Source of the DNA: Bacteroidales bacterium | GTDB taxonomy: Bacteria; Bacteroidota; Bacteroidia; Bacteroidales; UBA932 | Direction of reading: 5' to 3' | DNA length: 52,054 nucleotides | Assembly: GCA_017506825.1 (NCBI GenBank) | Contig: JAFVMQ010000077.1 | Span: 1 to 52,054, forward strand | Shown: positions 1 to 9,359 of the stretch, one piece after another | Position numbering within the stretch: position 1 is the stretch's first letter | How the letters are laid out: each line of letters opens with the position of its first letter | Made by a program: the position numbers and the translations under genes | Notes under the pieces: model-generated | Seen by the model: the letters and a program-made list of their open reading frames with translations, nothing else | Databases searched by the model: none | What the model was told of the DNA's origin: nothing

Positions 1-693
1 ATGTCCTGCTGCGATTCCTCCTCCGAACACTATCGCCTCAGGGTCATATGCGAAGAGGATTGCCTTTGCAAGTTCTCCCAGATGACCTCCGAATTCGTTC
101 CAGAGTGCTATGGCTTCAGCATCTCCTGTTTCTGCTTTGGCGGAAAGCTCAGCTCCAGAGGTACTGTGAGACACGAAGAAAGGAGTGCTGCAATAGCTCT
201 CGTAATCCTTGTCAAGGTATGAAAGGCATCCTACTTCACCTGCACCGGCGTTGCGGCCTTCATAAAGATTTCCGTCAATGATGATACCTGAGCCGACTCC
301 GGTTCCAAGAGTTACGCAGACCATATCCGCGAATCCCTGACCCTTTCCGAATCTGCTGACACCCATAGTGTAACAGTTTGCGTCATTGTTTATCTTTACA
401 GGGATTCCGAACATTTCCTCAAGAATGTCCTTGAGATGAACCTCTACCCATGAAGGTATGTTTGCCACATTATATACAATACCTTTTTTTGTGTCGACAA
501 CAGATGGTACTCCCACACCGATGGACTCGACACCATTGTTCATAAGCTCTCTGATAAGCGACGCTATTGCTTCTATTACTTCTTCCTGACTGCCTTTTGC
601 CGGGCATGCCACCTTGACTTTCCTTATCATGGATTGTCCGTCCACAAGTCCCGCAACAATGTTTGTTCCTCCAAGATCTACTCCGATTTTCAT
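1..693 (-). CDS. ROK family sugar kinase (3' end runs off the window; absent from the ORF track)
   Basis: Manual translation from ATG at 693: MKIGVDLGGTN...GVGVPS...NNDANC...TLGTGVGSG...GAGEVG. These are ROK motifs and the frame stays open to base 1. Confidence 0.92.
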   Translation of the reverse strand, partial: MKIGVDLGGTNIVAGLVDGQSMIRKVKVACPAKGSQEEVIEAIASLIRELMNNGVESIGVGVPSVVDTKKGIVYNVANIPSWVEVHLKDILEEMFGIPVKINNDANCYTMGVSRFGKGQGFADMVCVTLGTGVGSGIIIDGNLYEGRNAGAGEVGCLSYLDKDYESYCSTPFFVSHSTSGAELSAKAETGDAEAIALWNEFGGHLGELAKAILFAYDPEAIVFGGGIAAGH

Positions 694-725
694 ATTCTGT
701 TTTTTTATAGTACCTTTACCGCGTG

Positions 726-742
726 CACCACACTGCACCACA
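726..742. promoter_or_regulatory. Putative operator CACCACA-N3-CACCACA, copy 1 (ROK/GH89 divergent intergenic region)
   Basis: CACCACActgCACCACA; the same heptamer pair with the same spacing occurs at 3756 and 19386. Confidence 0.8.
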
Positions 743-747
743 GTTTG

Positions 748-755
748 CAAAGATA
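748..755 (-). promoter_or_regulatory. Bacteroidetes -7 promoter element for the ROK gene
   Basis: The reverse complement is TATCTTTG (TAnnTTTG), about 55 bp upstream of the ATG at 693. Confidence 0.65.
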
Positions 756-784
756 GTCAACTTATTTGAGTTACAAGATTATAT

Positions 785-3697
785 ATGATAAACATGATAA
801 AAAAAGCGTCTTTTCTTTCCTTTTTTCTGCTTGCAGCCCTCGGCTTGACCTCCTTTTTCCTCTTTCGGGGAACTAAAGACGAACGCTCCGTACGTCATCT
901 TGCCCACAGGATTGTTCCCGGATATGCTTTCGGGATCGATTTCCGTCAGAGCGAGGATACAATCGATTTCTTCTGCCTTTATTCCGAAGAAGACAGGATA
1001 GTGATCGAGGGAAACAATGCCAATTCGATGGCAATGGGACTCAACCACTATCTGAAGAACTATTGCGGAGTTACAGTTTCCTGGTATGCATACGATCCTG
1101 TCCAGTATCCGGAAGAAATGCCTTCCGTCGATGAAAAGATCAGGGTGGAGGCCCGTGTGAAAGACAGGTTCTTCCTTAATTACTGTACATTCGGATATAC
1201 GATGCCGTGGTGGAAATGGGAGGATTGGGAAAGGCTTATCGACTGGATGGCCCTCAACGGTATCAACATGCCGCTTGCAAACACGGGTCAGGAAGCAGTG
1301 TGGCAGAAAGTGTGGCGCAGGCACGGTCTTACTGATGATCAGATCCGTTCATATTTTACTGGTCCGGCCCATCTTGCATGGCACCGCATGAGCAATATCG
1401 ACCATTTTGACGGACCCCTGCCACAGAATTGGATCGACTCGCAGGCAAAGCTGCAGAAAAGGATATTGAAAAGGGAACGTGAACTGAACATGCGTCCTGT
1501 GCTTCAGGCTTTCGGAGGACATGTTCCTGAGCAGCTGAAGGAGATATATCCGGATGCTCAGATATCGGATGTGCCACGCTGGAGCGGATTTCCTTCAGAG
1601 AACCTCTGCCATTTCCTTGCTCCGATGGATCCGCTTTATGCAAGAATCCAGCGCGAGTACATGGAAGAGCAGGAACGTATGTTCGGTACCGACCATATCT
1701 ACGGTGTAGACCTTTTCAACGAAGTAGAAGCACCGTCCTGGGATCCGGAAACTTTGGCTGAGATATCGCGTGGTGCGTATGAATCCATGGCGGCAGTTGA
1801 TCCGGAGGCAGTATGGCTTCAGATGGGGTGGATGTTCTATTATGACAGCAAGCATTGGACGAAGGAGAATGTGAAGGCATATCTTGAAGCTGTTCCGAAG
1901 GGAAAGGTCGTCATCCTTGATTATTATCTTGAGCATACTCCGGTATGGACGATTACCGACAAGTTCTACGGGCAGCCGTACATCCTCTGCTATCTTGGCA
2001 ACTTTGGAGGAAACATAAGGCTTTCCGGTAATTTCCATCAGGCTTCGGAACGTATTTACGACGCATATGAGCGTGGCGGAGATAATTTCATCGGAATAGG
2101 TTCGACACTTGAAGGTTTCGGAATAAACCAGTTCATGTATGAATATGTCTTTGACAAGGCGTGGAATACCGGAATATCAGACAAGCAGTGGGTCAGGACT
2201 CTTGCCCGGAGGAGGACAGGCAGGCAGGATCCTTATGCTGAAAGAGCGTGGAGGACATTGACAGACAGCGTCTATATCGCAGGTTCATTCTCAAGTCAGA
2301 CGCCCCTCGCGTGCGCGCGTCCTTGTCTTAAAGGGTATTGGCACTGGACTTCGATCCATAACACGAAGTATGACAACTCAACCCTTGTACGTACGTGGCA
2401 GGACCTTCTAAGAGCTTCATCGGACAGGGATACATACCGTTCGGATATAGTCAATCTCGGTACCCAGGCTCTCGGAAATCATTTTGCAGATCTACGGGAC
2501 AGATTTGCCGCAGCATATGAGGCGAAGGATATGGTTCTTGCTGAAGAAACGGGTAGCCGGATGCTCGAGCTTCTTGACGATCTTGATGCCTTCGCAGCGT
2601 GTGAGACCCAGCTTCGTCTGGACAAATGGCTTGAAGACGCTTCCTCATGTGCCAGGACTCCTGAAGAAGCTGCATATTACAGACGCAACGCCCGTACTCT
2701 GATAACCATCTGGGGTCATCAGTCTTCAATCAAGGATTATGCGACAAGACTCTGGAGCGGACTTATAGATTCGTATTATGCTCCGAGGTGGAAGATGTTC
2801 ATAGATGAGATATTTTCATGCATCCGCGAAGGAAGGGAATATGACGAGAAGGCTTTCTTTGGAAAGCTTGATGCATTCGAACTTGACTGGGCCTTGAATG
2901 ACAGGGAGATCGAATACAGGTCTCCTGTCGATCATATCGCCTTTTCGCATCAGATGATGGAAAAATATTCTCTGGCTCCGGTACGCAGTCTTTCCCTTGT
3001 TACTTATAATGTAGGAACCTTCAGCAAATATGAAGAGGACAGTTCTTCAAAGGCTGCCAGGCTTATAAAGGAACTTGGTGCGGATGCTGTTTCCCTGAAT
3101 GAACTTGACAGCTGCAATGCAAGGCACGGGGTTTATCAACTTGAAGATTTTGCGGATATTCTTGGCGGCTGGAGCTATTCCTTCGCTTCCGCTTTTCCGT
3201 TCGCCGGAGGGTCTTACGGAAACGGAATCGCCGTAAAAGATGATGTGCTGAGATCTTTTGTCCTGTCATTGCCGGTTTCGGACGGAGCAGAGCCAAGAAG
3301 CGTTGCTGTTGTCGAAACCCTGGATTATGTTATAGGGTCCACCCATCTTGATTATAAGGGAAAAGCAGCAAATGTCGAGCAGGCGGATTCCATAAGCCGT
3401 TGGTTTGTGGAACGCTATGCAGATGATTTCCGCCCGGTGTTCCTGTGCGGTGACTTGAACTGCGAACCTTCAGGTCCGGCTGTAAGCCGGCTTAAAGAAG
3501 ATTGGGACATGATATCTTGCACAGACCCGACATATCCGTCCGAGGCACCCCGTCAATGCATAGATTATATATTCAGGCTGAAGTCTGCAGGAGAGGCGAA
3601 ACCTGTTGAAAGCAAGGTTGCTGATGCGGTCAACGGTCTGGAAACAAGCGGAATATCGGATCATCTGCCTGTCTTGACGAGGGTGAAATATAAATAA
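785..3697 (+). CDS. Alpha-N-acetylglucosaminidase (GH89) fused to a C-terminal endonuclease/exonuclease/phosphatase (EEP) domain
   Basis: GH89 motifs LNYCTFGYTMPWW, WERLIDWMALNGIN, GPAHLAWHRM, DLFNE and LEG. From about nt 2989 there are EEP motifs VTYNV, LNE, STHLD, GDLN, IDYI and SDHLPV. The N-terminus is hydrophobic; the start may be 794. Confidence 0.92.
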   Translation: MINMIKKASFLSFFLLAALGLTSFFLFRGTKDERSVRHLAHRIVPGYAFGIDFRQSEDTIDFFCLYSEEDRIVIEGNNANSMAMGLNHYLKNYCGVTVSWYAYDPVQYPEEMPSVDEKIRVEARVKDRFFLNYCTFGYTMPWWKWEDWERLIDWMALNGINMPLANTGQEAVWQKVWRRHGLTDDQIRSYFTGPAHLAWHRMSNIDHFDGPLPQNWIDSQAKLQKRILKRERELNMRPVLQAFGGHVPEQLKEIYPDAQISDVPRWSGFPSENLCHFLAPMDPLYARIQREYMEEQERMFGTDHIYGVDLFNEVEAPSWDPETLAEISRGAYESMAAVDPEAVWLQMGWMFYYDSKHWTKENVKAYLEAVPKGKVVILDYYLEHTPVWTITDKFYGQPYILCYLGNFGGNIRLSGNFHQASERIYDAYERGGDNFIGIGSTLEGFGINQFMYEYVFDKAWNTGISDKQWVRTLARRRTGRQDPYAERAWRTLTDSVYIAGSFSSQTPLACARPCLKGYWHWTSIHNTKYDNSTLVRTWQDLLRASSDRDTYRSDIVNLGTQALGNHFADLRDRFAAAYEAKDMVLAEETGSRMLELLDDLDAFAACETQLRLDKWLEDASSCARTPEEAAYYRRNARTLITIWGHQSSIKDYATRLWSGLIDSYYAPRWKMFIDEIFSCIREGREYDEKAFFGKLDAFELDWALNDREIEYRSPVDHIAFSHQMMEKYSLAPVRSLSLVTYNVGTFSKYEEDSSSKAARLIKELGADAVSLNELDSCNARHGVYQLEDFADILGGWSYSFASAFPFAGGSYGNGIAVKDDVLRSFVLSLPVSDGAEPRSVAVVETLDYVIGSTHLDYKGKAANVEQADSISRWFVERYADDFRPVFLCGDLNCEPSGPAVSRLKEDWDMISCTDPTYPSEAPRQCIDYIFRLKSAGEAKPVESKVADAVNGLETSGISDHLPVLTRVKYK

Positions 3698-3732
3698 TTG
3701 AAAAAAAACCATACGACTTCAGTTTTTATTAC

Positions 3733-3740
3733 TATATTTG
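3733..3740 (+). promoter_or_regulatory. -7 promoter element
   Basis: TATATTTG about 70 bp upstream of the ATG at 3810. Confidence 0.7.
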
Positions 3741-3755
3741 CCGCGTCGTTGTGCG

Positions 3756-3772
3756 CACCACAGCACACCACA
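3756..3772. promoter_or_regulatory. Putative operator CACCACA-N3-CACCACA, copy 2
   Basis: CACCACAgcaCACCACA, 15 bp downstream of the -7 box, which is a repressor-type position. Confidence 0.8.
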
Positions 3773-3809
3773 CTAAAGATGAAAATCAAATCAAATATTG
3801 TTTTTTAGT

Positions 3810-5774
3810 ATGAAGAAGTTATTTTTTGCACTTATGCTGGGTCTTGCAGTTGCTGTAGGATGTACCCAGGAGTTCGATGATTCTGCTCTTAATGACAGAA
3901 TGGACAAGATAGAGCAGGATGCTGCTGCTCTTGATGCTGCCCTTTCTTCTCTTATGGAGAGAGTAGCTGCTGCAGAGAAGGCAGTTCAGGCAGTTCAAGC
4001 TGCTGTAGCTGCTGAGGATTATGTAGTAAGTGTCACTGTTTCAGAGGACGGAAAGGGTGTTGTCGTTACATTCAGGAATGCAGATCCTGTATTCATTCCG
4101 CTTGACCTTGATGCAGAGACTATCGATGAGGTTGTAATCGCTGATGTCACTGTTGAAGGCGAGACTGCAACATTTACTTATACAGACGGTACAACTGTAG
4201 AGCTCCCTCTCTATCACGAGAAGGCATTCGCTCTTTCTCTTGAGGTTTCAAATGTTACAGTAAGTGCCGGTGACGTTGTCAAGGTTGCATACGCTGTAAC
4301 AGGCGCTACAGAGGAGACTGTTGTTGACGTTCTTGCAGTTTCTGCAGGATATGTTGCAAAGGTTACCGAGACTCACGTCGAGGTTACAGTTCCTTCTCCA
4401 TTCGTAAAGGGTGAGGTTCTTGTATGGGCCGACAACGGTGCAGGCAAGACTTCTATCAAGAAGATCGGCTTCGAGGAAAACTCGATCTCTGTAAACGAAG
4501 TTGAAAAGGTTCCGGCAGAAGGTGGTGAGGTTGTGATCAGCGGTGTTTCAAACGTTGAGCTTGCTGCCGAGGTCGTTGAGGGTGCAGAGTGGCTTACAGC
4601 TGCTCCTGCAACAAGAGCTGAATTCTCATTCACATTCACAGCTGCTGCAAATGAGGGTGCTGCACGTACAGCCAAGGTTGCTCTCAAGACAGCTGCCGGT
4701 GATGTTCTCTATACTGTTGCTGTAGCTCAGCTTTCAGGACTTACTGAAATGGCTTCAAAGGTTTGGTCTGTAGATGTTCCTTTCGCAAACGGTCAGTCAA
4801 GAAACATGACTATGGACTCTGAGTATGTATATGTTGCTCAGGCTGCAGGTGGCGAGGGCGCTATCAAGGCTATCAGCATCGCATACCCTACCCAGGTGAA
4901 GGATGTGAAGGTAAAGACTCATTCTCCAGCTGGTCTTGACAACGGTACACACGCTATCTCATGCGTAAGAATGCTTCCTAATACAGACGAGGCTGTAAAC
5001 GGTGGTAAGGATGTACTCGTTGCTTCTAACCTTACAACAGGTGACGGTACAGAGAAGCTTACTGTTTATGTCTGGGCGAACGGTATCGATGCTGATCCAA
5101 ATTACTTCGTGATCGATTCTGGCGTACGTCGTCTTGGTGACAAGTTTACAGTTATCGGAACATATCAGGCAGGTGAACTTTGGTTCTTCGATTTCAATGA
5201 TGGCAATGTGGTAATCCGTGTCAACATGAAGGATGGCGTTGCAGGTCTCTGGGGAACACCTGACCTTGCTTATGCAACCGGTCGTTTCGGAGTTCCAATT
5301 GCTGGTCCAAACAATATCGGAGAGTGCATGGTTCACCCTGACGTTACATTCGATGGTGACGGTAATCCGACAGAGCTGCTTCTCACTACAAATGCTGGTA
5401 ACGGCTTCTTCACTCAGACTGAAGGAAATGCATATGCTGCTTCAGCTTGGACAGAGGATCCGTCACTCTCGCAGACTTACGGATACAACTTCTTCGAGTA
5501 CAACGGAAAGAATTATATTTCATATGCCCAGGTTTCTGCAGATCGTGATAATGTAACTCTTAACATTATTGAGGATGTAAACGGAGCCGCTGATTTCAAG
5601 GGTACTCTTGAAGCTAAGACAGGTCTCTTCACAAAAGATCTTCTTGATGTTCCGGCAGCTGCAAACACAGCAGGTCATGGTTTGGGTGACTGCGCTACTG
5701 CAGAAGTTGACGGCGTAAGATATATCGCTGTAATGGGTCAGAACCTTGCAGTTGCTCTCTATCAGCTCAACTAA
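3810..5774 (+). CDS. Surface lipoprotein: coiled-coil/DUF4988-like N-terminus, BACON-like domain and C-terminal beta-rich putative glycan-binding domain
   Basis: Start reassigned to ATG 3810 (MKKLFFALMLGLAVAVG-C lipobox). Coiled coil DDSALNDRMDKIEQ; BACON-like VPAEGGEV..SNV..WL..NEGAARTAKV. The C-terminal ~325 aa are paralogous to those of 30102..32147. Confidence 0.7.
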   Translation: MKKLFFALMLGLAVAVGCTQEFDDSALNDRMDKIEQDAAALDAALSSLMERVAAAEKAVQAVQAAVAAEDYVVSVTVSEDGKGVVVTFRNADPVFIPLDLDAETIDEVVIADVTVEGETATFTYTDGTTVELPLYHEKAFALSLEVSNVTVSAGDVVKVAYAVTGATEETVVDVLAVSAGYVAKVTETHVEVTVPSPFVKGEVLVWADNGAGKTSIKKIGFEENSISVNEVEKVPAEGGEVVISGVSNVELAAEVVEGAEWLTAAPATRAEFSFTFTAAANEGAARTAKVALKTAAGDVLYTVAVAQLSGLTEMASKVWSVDVPFANGQSRNMTMDSEYVYVAQAAGGEGAIKAISIAYPTQVKDVKVKTHSPAGLDNGTHAISCVRMLPNTDEAVNGGKDVLVASNLTTGDGTEKLTVYVWANGIDADPNYFVIDSGVRRLGDKFTVIGTYQAGELWFFDFNDGNVVIRVNMKDGVAGLWGTPDLAYATGRFGVPIAGPNNIGECMVHPDVTFDGDGNPTELLLTTNAGNGFFTQTEGNAYAASAWTEDPSLSQTYGYNFFEYNGKNYISYAQVSADRDNVTLNIIEDVNGAADFKGTLEAKTGLFTKDLLDVPAAANTAGHGLGDCATAEVDGVRYIAVMGQNLAVALYQLN

Positions 5775-5807
5775 TCGGAAACGTCTGATATCAACATACT
5801 TCTTTTT

Positions 5808-5842
5808 AAGGGGACGGCTTTTCAAAAGGCTGTCCCCTTTTT
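5808..5842 (+). terminator. Intrinsic terminator
   Basis: AAGGGGACGGCTTTT-CA-AAAGGCTGTCCCCTT hairpin followed by a T run, after the stop at 5774. Confidence 0.85.
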
Positions 5843-5877
5843 ATTTCATTACATGAAAATTTCTTATCCAACTTAGC

Positions 5878-5906
5878 TGTGGTGTGGTCTTTTTTACCTA
5901 TCTTTG
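5878..5906 (+). promoter_or_regulatory. Promoter of the GH20-gntR unit, with an inverted operator half-site
   Basis: TATCTTTG at 5899-5906. TGTGGTG, the reverse complement of CACCACA, is at 5878-5884 within TGTGGTGTGGT. Confidence 0.55.
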
Positions 5907-5929
5907 CGCTCTGTAAAATCCAGACTGCA

Positions 5930-7492
5930 ATGATATATAAATTAATTTCGATCGTAGTTTCCGCTGCGATTCCGATAATCTCTTTGTCAGCATCTTCCGG
6001 TCCTGACAAGATAATTCCCCAACCTGTAGAATACTCTATCTCGGAAGGAATATATAATCTGAAGCCGGACGGTTCTGACGTCAAGGTCTATCTGAATTCA
6101 TCCGATTTCGCCGCCAAGGTAAGTGACCTTCCCGATTTCGCACGTGAAGAGGCATATGAGCTTATTGTCGGTAAGAAAGGTGTAAAGATATATGCTATGA
6201 CAGAAGAAGGTGCTTTCCGTGCAAGTCAGGCTCTGGAAATGATGCGTCTTCTCGACAGGGACATTCAGTATTGCACAGTTTTCGATTATCCGCGTTTCCA
6301 GCATAGAGGTATCATGCTGGACGAGTCACGCAGCTTCAAGGGAAAGGATTTCGTCAAGAAACAGATCGATGCCCTTGCCCTTCTGAGGATGAATGTCATG
6401 CATCTGCACCTTACAGATGCGGCCGGCTGGAGACTTCAGATCGATGCTTATCCTAATCTTACCGATCATGTAGCCTGGAGAGTAGGAGAGACTTACCATG
6501 AGTGGGAGGGTCTCGGTTATCCTTTTACAAATGCTGAAGATCCTGATGCTTACGGCGGTTTCTATACCAAGGATGATATACGTGAGATCGTTGCATATGC
6601 AGCAGAGCGCCATATCGACATAATTCCCGAGATCGAGATGCCAGGACACAGCATGGAGGTCAACAGGGCTTATCCGGAGATTGCTTGCGTGGGTGAGGAT
6701 GGAAAGCCGAGACCGTTCTCATGGGATCTCTGTGTCGGAAACGAAGGTACTTTCAAGTTCCTTGAGACGGTATTGGAAGAGGTGATAGAACTTTTCCCGT
6801 ACAAATATATCCATATCGGAGGTGATGAGGCAGTGAAGAAGGATTGGGGCGAATGCGTCAATTGCAGGAAGAGAATGCAGGAAGAAGGCATGACCCACAG
6901 GAATGAACTCCAAGGTTATCTTATACGCCGTATAGAGAAGTTCCTCAACGAGAGAGGCAGGACAGTAATCGGTTGGGATGAAATCGTCGAAACCGGTCTT
7001 CCTGAGGAGGCTGTCGTGATGTCGTGGAGAGGTACACCCGGAGGGGTCAAGGCCGCGTCAGAAGGACATGATGTGATAATGTCGCCTAACAGCTATGTAT
7101 ACCTCGACTATTATCAGGACCTTATCAGAAAAGAGCCGAAGGCTGTAGGACACATGCAGTCTCTCAGGCATGTCTACAAATACGACCCGCTTGAAGGTAT
7201 CGCTCCTGAATATCATCACCATATCCTTGGACTTCAGGGAAATCTATGGTGCGAGCTCATTCCTTATGCGGCCCATGCCGAATACATGCTATATCCGCGT
7301 GCTTTCGCCATTGCAGAAATCGGCTGGACACCTCAGGACCAGAGAGAATTCTTCAATTTCCGCGAGCGTTGTCTCAGACTCATAACCGTATTCCGGGCAA
7401 TGGGATACAACACATTCGATTTGTTTAACGAGAGTCTCAGAGCCCAGACCGGAAGACTTCGTTTTGACGATCCTACCTTTAAACTCCTTTAA
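5930..7492 (+). CDS. Beta-N-acetylhexosaminidase (GH20)
   Basis: DYPRFQHRGIMLD, HLHLTD, PEIEMPGH, catalytic HIGGDE, YLDY, LW.E and YPR. Start reassigned to ATG 5930, downstream of the -7 box, which gives a signal peptide. Confidence 0.95.
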   Translation: MIYKLISIVVSAAIPIISLSASSGPDKIIPQPVEYSISEGIYNLKPDGSDVKVYLNSSDFAAKVSDLPDFAREEAYELIVGKKGVKIYAMTEEGAFRASQALEMMRLLDRDIQYCTVFDYPRFQHRGIMLDESRSFKGKDFVKKQIDALALLRMNVMHLHLTDAAGWRLQIDAYPNLTDHVAWRVGETYHEWEGLGYPFTNAEDPDAYGGFYTKDDIREIVAYAAERHIDIIPEIEMPGHSMEVNRAYPEIACVGEDGKPRPFSWDLCVGNEGTFKFLETVLEEVIELFPYKYIHIGGDEAVKKDWGECVNCRKRMQEEGMTHRNELQGYLIRRIEKFLNERGRTVIGWDEIVETGLPEEAVVMSWRGTPGGVKAASEGHDVIMSPNSYVYLDYYQDLIRKEPKAVGHMQSLRHVYKYDPLEGIAPEYHHHILGLQGNLWCELIPYAAHAEYMLYPRAFAIAEIGWTPQDQREFFNFRERCLRLITVFRAMGYNTFDLFNESLRAQTGRLRFDDPTFKLL

Positions 7493-7497
7493 AGACT

Positions 7498-8529
7498 ATG
7501 AACAAGACATTCAATCTTGAAATAGGAAACAAGTCTCCTATTTACAAACAGCTCGTAGAGCATTTCGAGGATGCAATCCGTTCAGGCAAGCTTCAGCCGG
7601 GCGAACAGATTCCTTCAATGAATGAATTTGCGTCCACACTCGGTATCTCAAAGGAAACCGTAAAGAAGACGTACGGAATACTTCGAGAGAAAGGACTTCT
7701 CATCCCACAGCAGGGAAAAGGCTTCTATGTCGCAGAAATAGGAAATGCCTCAAAGCCAAGAGTTCTTGTGCTGTTTGACAAACTCAGCATCTACAAGGAA
7801 GTACTTTATAATTCCCTGGCCGAAGAACTTGGAGACAAGGCGGATCTTACCATCCTGACCCATAACCAGAATCTTGACCTCTTCACATACTATCTTGACA
7901 CGTCTCTGGATAAGTACGACTATTATGTGATAAGTCCTCACTTCCCGCTTGACGATAAGTCACAGGCTCTTGCCACAAAGCTGATTGCGAGGGTTCCTAA
8001 CAGAAAGCTGATCATGGTCGACCACTGGCTCAAGAGCTATTCCGGCAATTATGGTGCAGTCTATCAGGATTTCGAGAATGATGTGTATGAAGGTCTGATG
8101 CAGGGACTTGAGAAGCTTCAGAGTGCGTCTGCCCTGAAGGTGATCACCCTTTCTTCCAGCCTTTACGGACCGATGATATGCAAGGGTGTGGAAAGGTTTA
8201 CAAAGGAATTCAACATTCCTGTAGAATTCATCCATTCAGCTCCGGAAATCATCCATCCGAACGAAGCCTTCCTTGTTGTCAATTCTCAGCTCGACTCCGG
8301 ACTTGCCGCTCTGGCGCGCCGTATCAAGGAGCAGAATCTCGAGGTCGGAAAGGATGTGTTCATCATATCATACAATGAGTTCGACCTCAATGAAGTTGTG
8401 CTTAACGGTCTGACTACGATTTCAACCGATTTCAAGCAGATGGGAAAAATCGCAGCGGACATGATCCTTAATCATAAGACCATAAAAGTCCACTGCGATT
8501 TCAACATGACCCGTCGCGGAACATTTTAG
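7498..8529 (+). CDS. GntR-family transcriptional regulator with a C-terminal LacI-type sugar-binding domain
   Basis: N-terminal wHTH (PIYKQL..I..G.L.PGEQIPS...SKETVKKTY..L...G......GKGFYV) and a C-terminal periplasmic-binding-protein-like domain (IISYNE..LTTISTDFKQMG..AA). Confidence 0.9.
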   Translation: MNKTFNLEIGNKSPIYKQLVEHFEDAIRSGKLQPGEQIPSMNEFASTLGISKETVKKTYGILREKGLLIPQQGKGFYVAEIGNASKPRVLVLFDKLSIYKEVLYNSLAEELGDKADLTILTHNQNLDLFTYYLDTSLDKYDYYVISPHFPLDDKSQALATKLIARVPNRKLIMVDHWLKSYSGNYGAVYQDFENDVYEGLMQGLEKLQSASALKVITLSSSLYGPMICKGVERFTKEFNIPVEFIHSAPEIIHPNEAFLVVNSQLDSGLAALARRIKEQNLEVGKDVFIISYNEFDLNEVVLNGLTTISTDFKQMGKIAADMILNHKTIKVHCDFNMTRRGTF

Positions 8530-9353
8530 AAATTGAGTTCCGCAGTGATAGGGTAGTGGTCGGAAACGAATTTGCGCTCCGCGTATTTCTCTGTCACCGT
8601 ATGGTATTCAGGACATGAACTGAATCCGGTGAAATAAATATAGTCTATGACTGAAGAGGCTTTGCCCCAGTTATTGAAAGTGCCTGTATTGTCGGTCTTT
8701 TCTGCGACTTTGCGGGCGCTTTTCATATTTGCATCGACATCAACAAGGGCAGGGTCGTCCGGAGTGACATTGAAATCGCCGGTCAGCACAAGAGGAAGTC
8801 CATCCTTGTTCATGGCTGCGATCTTGTCCATCACGAGCTTGAGTCCGTTGCGACGCGCTTCCTTGCCGACATGGTCAAGGTGGGTGTTTACGAAATAGAA
8901 TTTCTTTCCCGTCTTCTTGTCCTTCATCAAAGCCCATGTGGCTGTCCTGAAACATGCGGCATCCCAGCCCATCGACGGTTTGTCCGGAGTCTCCGAAAGC
9001 CAGTATGTGCCCCAGTCAAGAAGGGAAACTGTCTTCTTGTTCCAGAAGATGGCCATGAATTCACCTTCCTTCTTTCCGTCCTCTCTGCCGACTCCTACAT
9101 ACTTGTAGTCCTTGAAATTGTTGTCAAAGAAGTATATCTGCTCATAAAGGGCTTCCTGGACTCCCATGATGTCAGGTTTCTGGTCCTTGAACATATCACC
9201 GACAGCCGGATACCTGAGTGCCCATGAATTTGTTCCGTCGTTTGCGCTGCTCATCCTTACATTGAAGGACATGACCTTCAGGTCCTGCGCAAAACAAAAC
9301 TGTGGCAGCATAAGAAATGCTGCCAACAGTAATGAAAGATATCTTTTTGTCAT
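8526..9353 (-). CDS. Secreted/periplasmic EEP-family phosphoesterase
   Basis: Signal peptide; VMSFNVR, GVQE, NTHLDH, GDFN, IDYIY and SDHYP. Confidence 0.92.
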   Translation of the reverse strand: MTKRYLSLLLAAFLMLPQFCFAQDLKVMSFNVRMSSANDGTNSWALRYPAVGDMFKDQKPDIMGVQEALYEQIYFFDNNFKDYKYVGVGREDGKKEGEFMAIFWNKKTVSLLDWGTYWLSETPDKPSMGWDAACFRTATWALMKDKKTGKKFYFVNTHLDHVGKEARRNGLKLVMDKIAAMNKDGLPLVLTGDFNVTPDDPALVDVDANMKSARKVAEKTDNTGTFNNWGKASSVIDYIYFTGFSSCPEYHTVTEKYAERKFVSDHYPITAELNF

Positions 9354-9359
9354 ATCCGA

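Noticed and set aside
1-281. Plus-strand ORFs 1..222 and 48..281
   Set aside because: They are antisense shadows of the ROK kinase on the minus strand.
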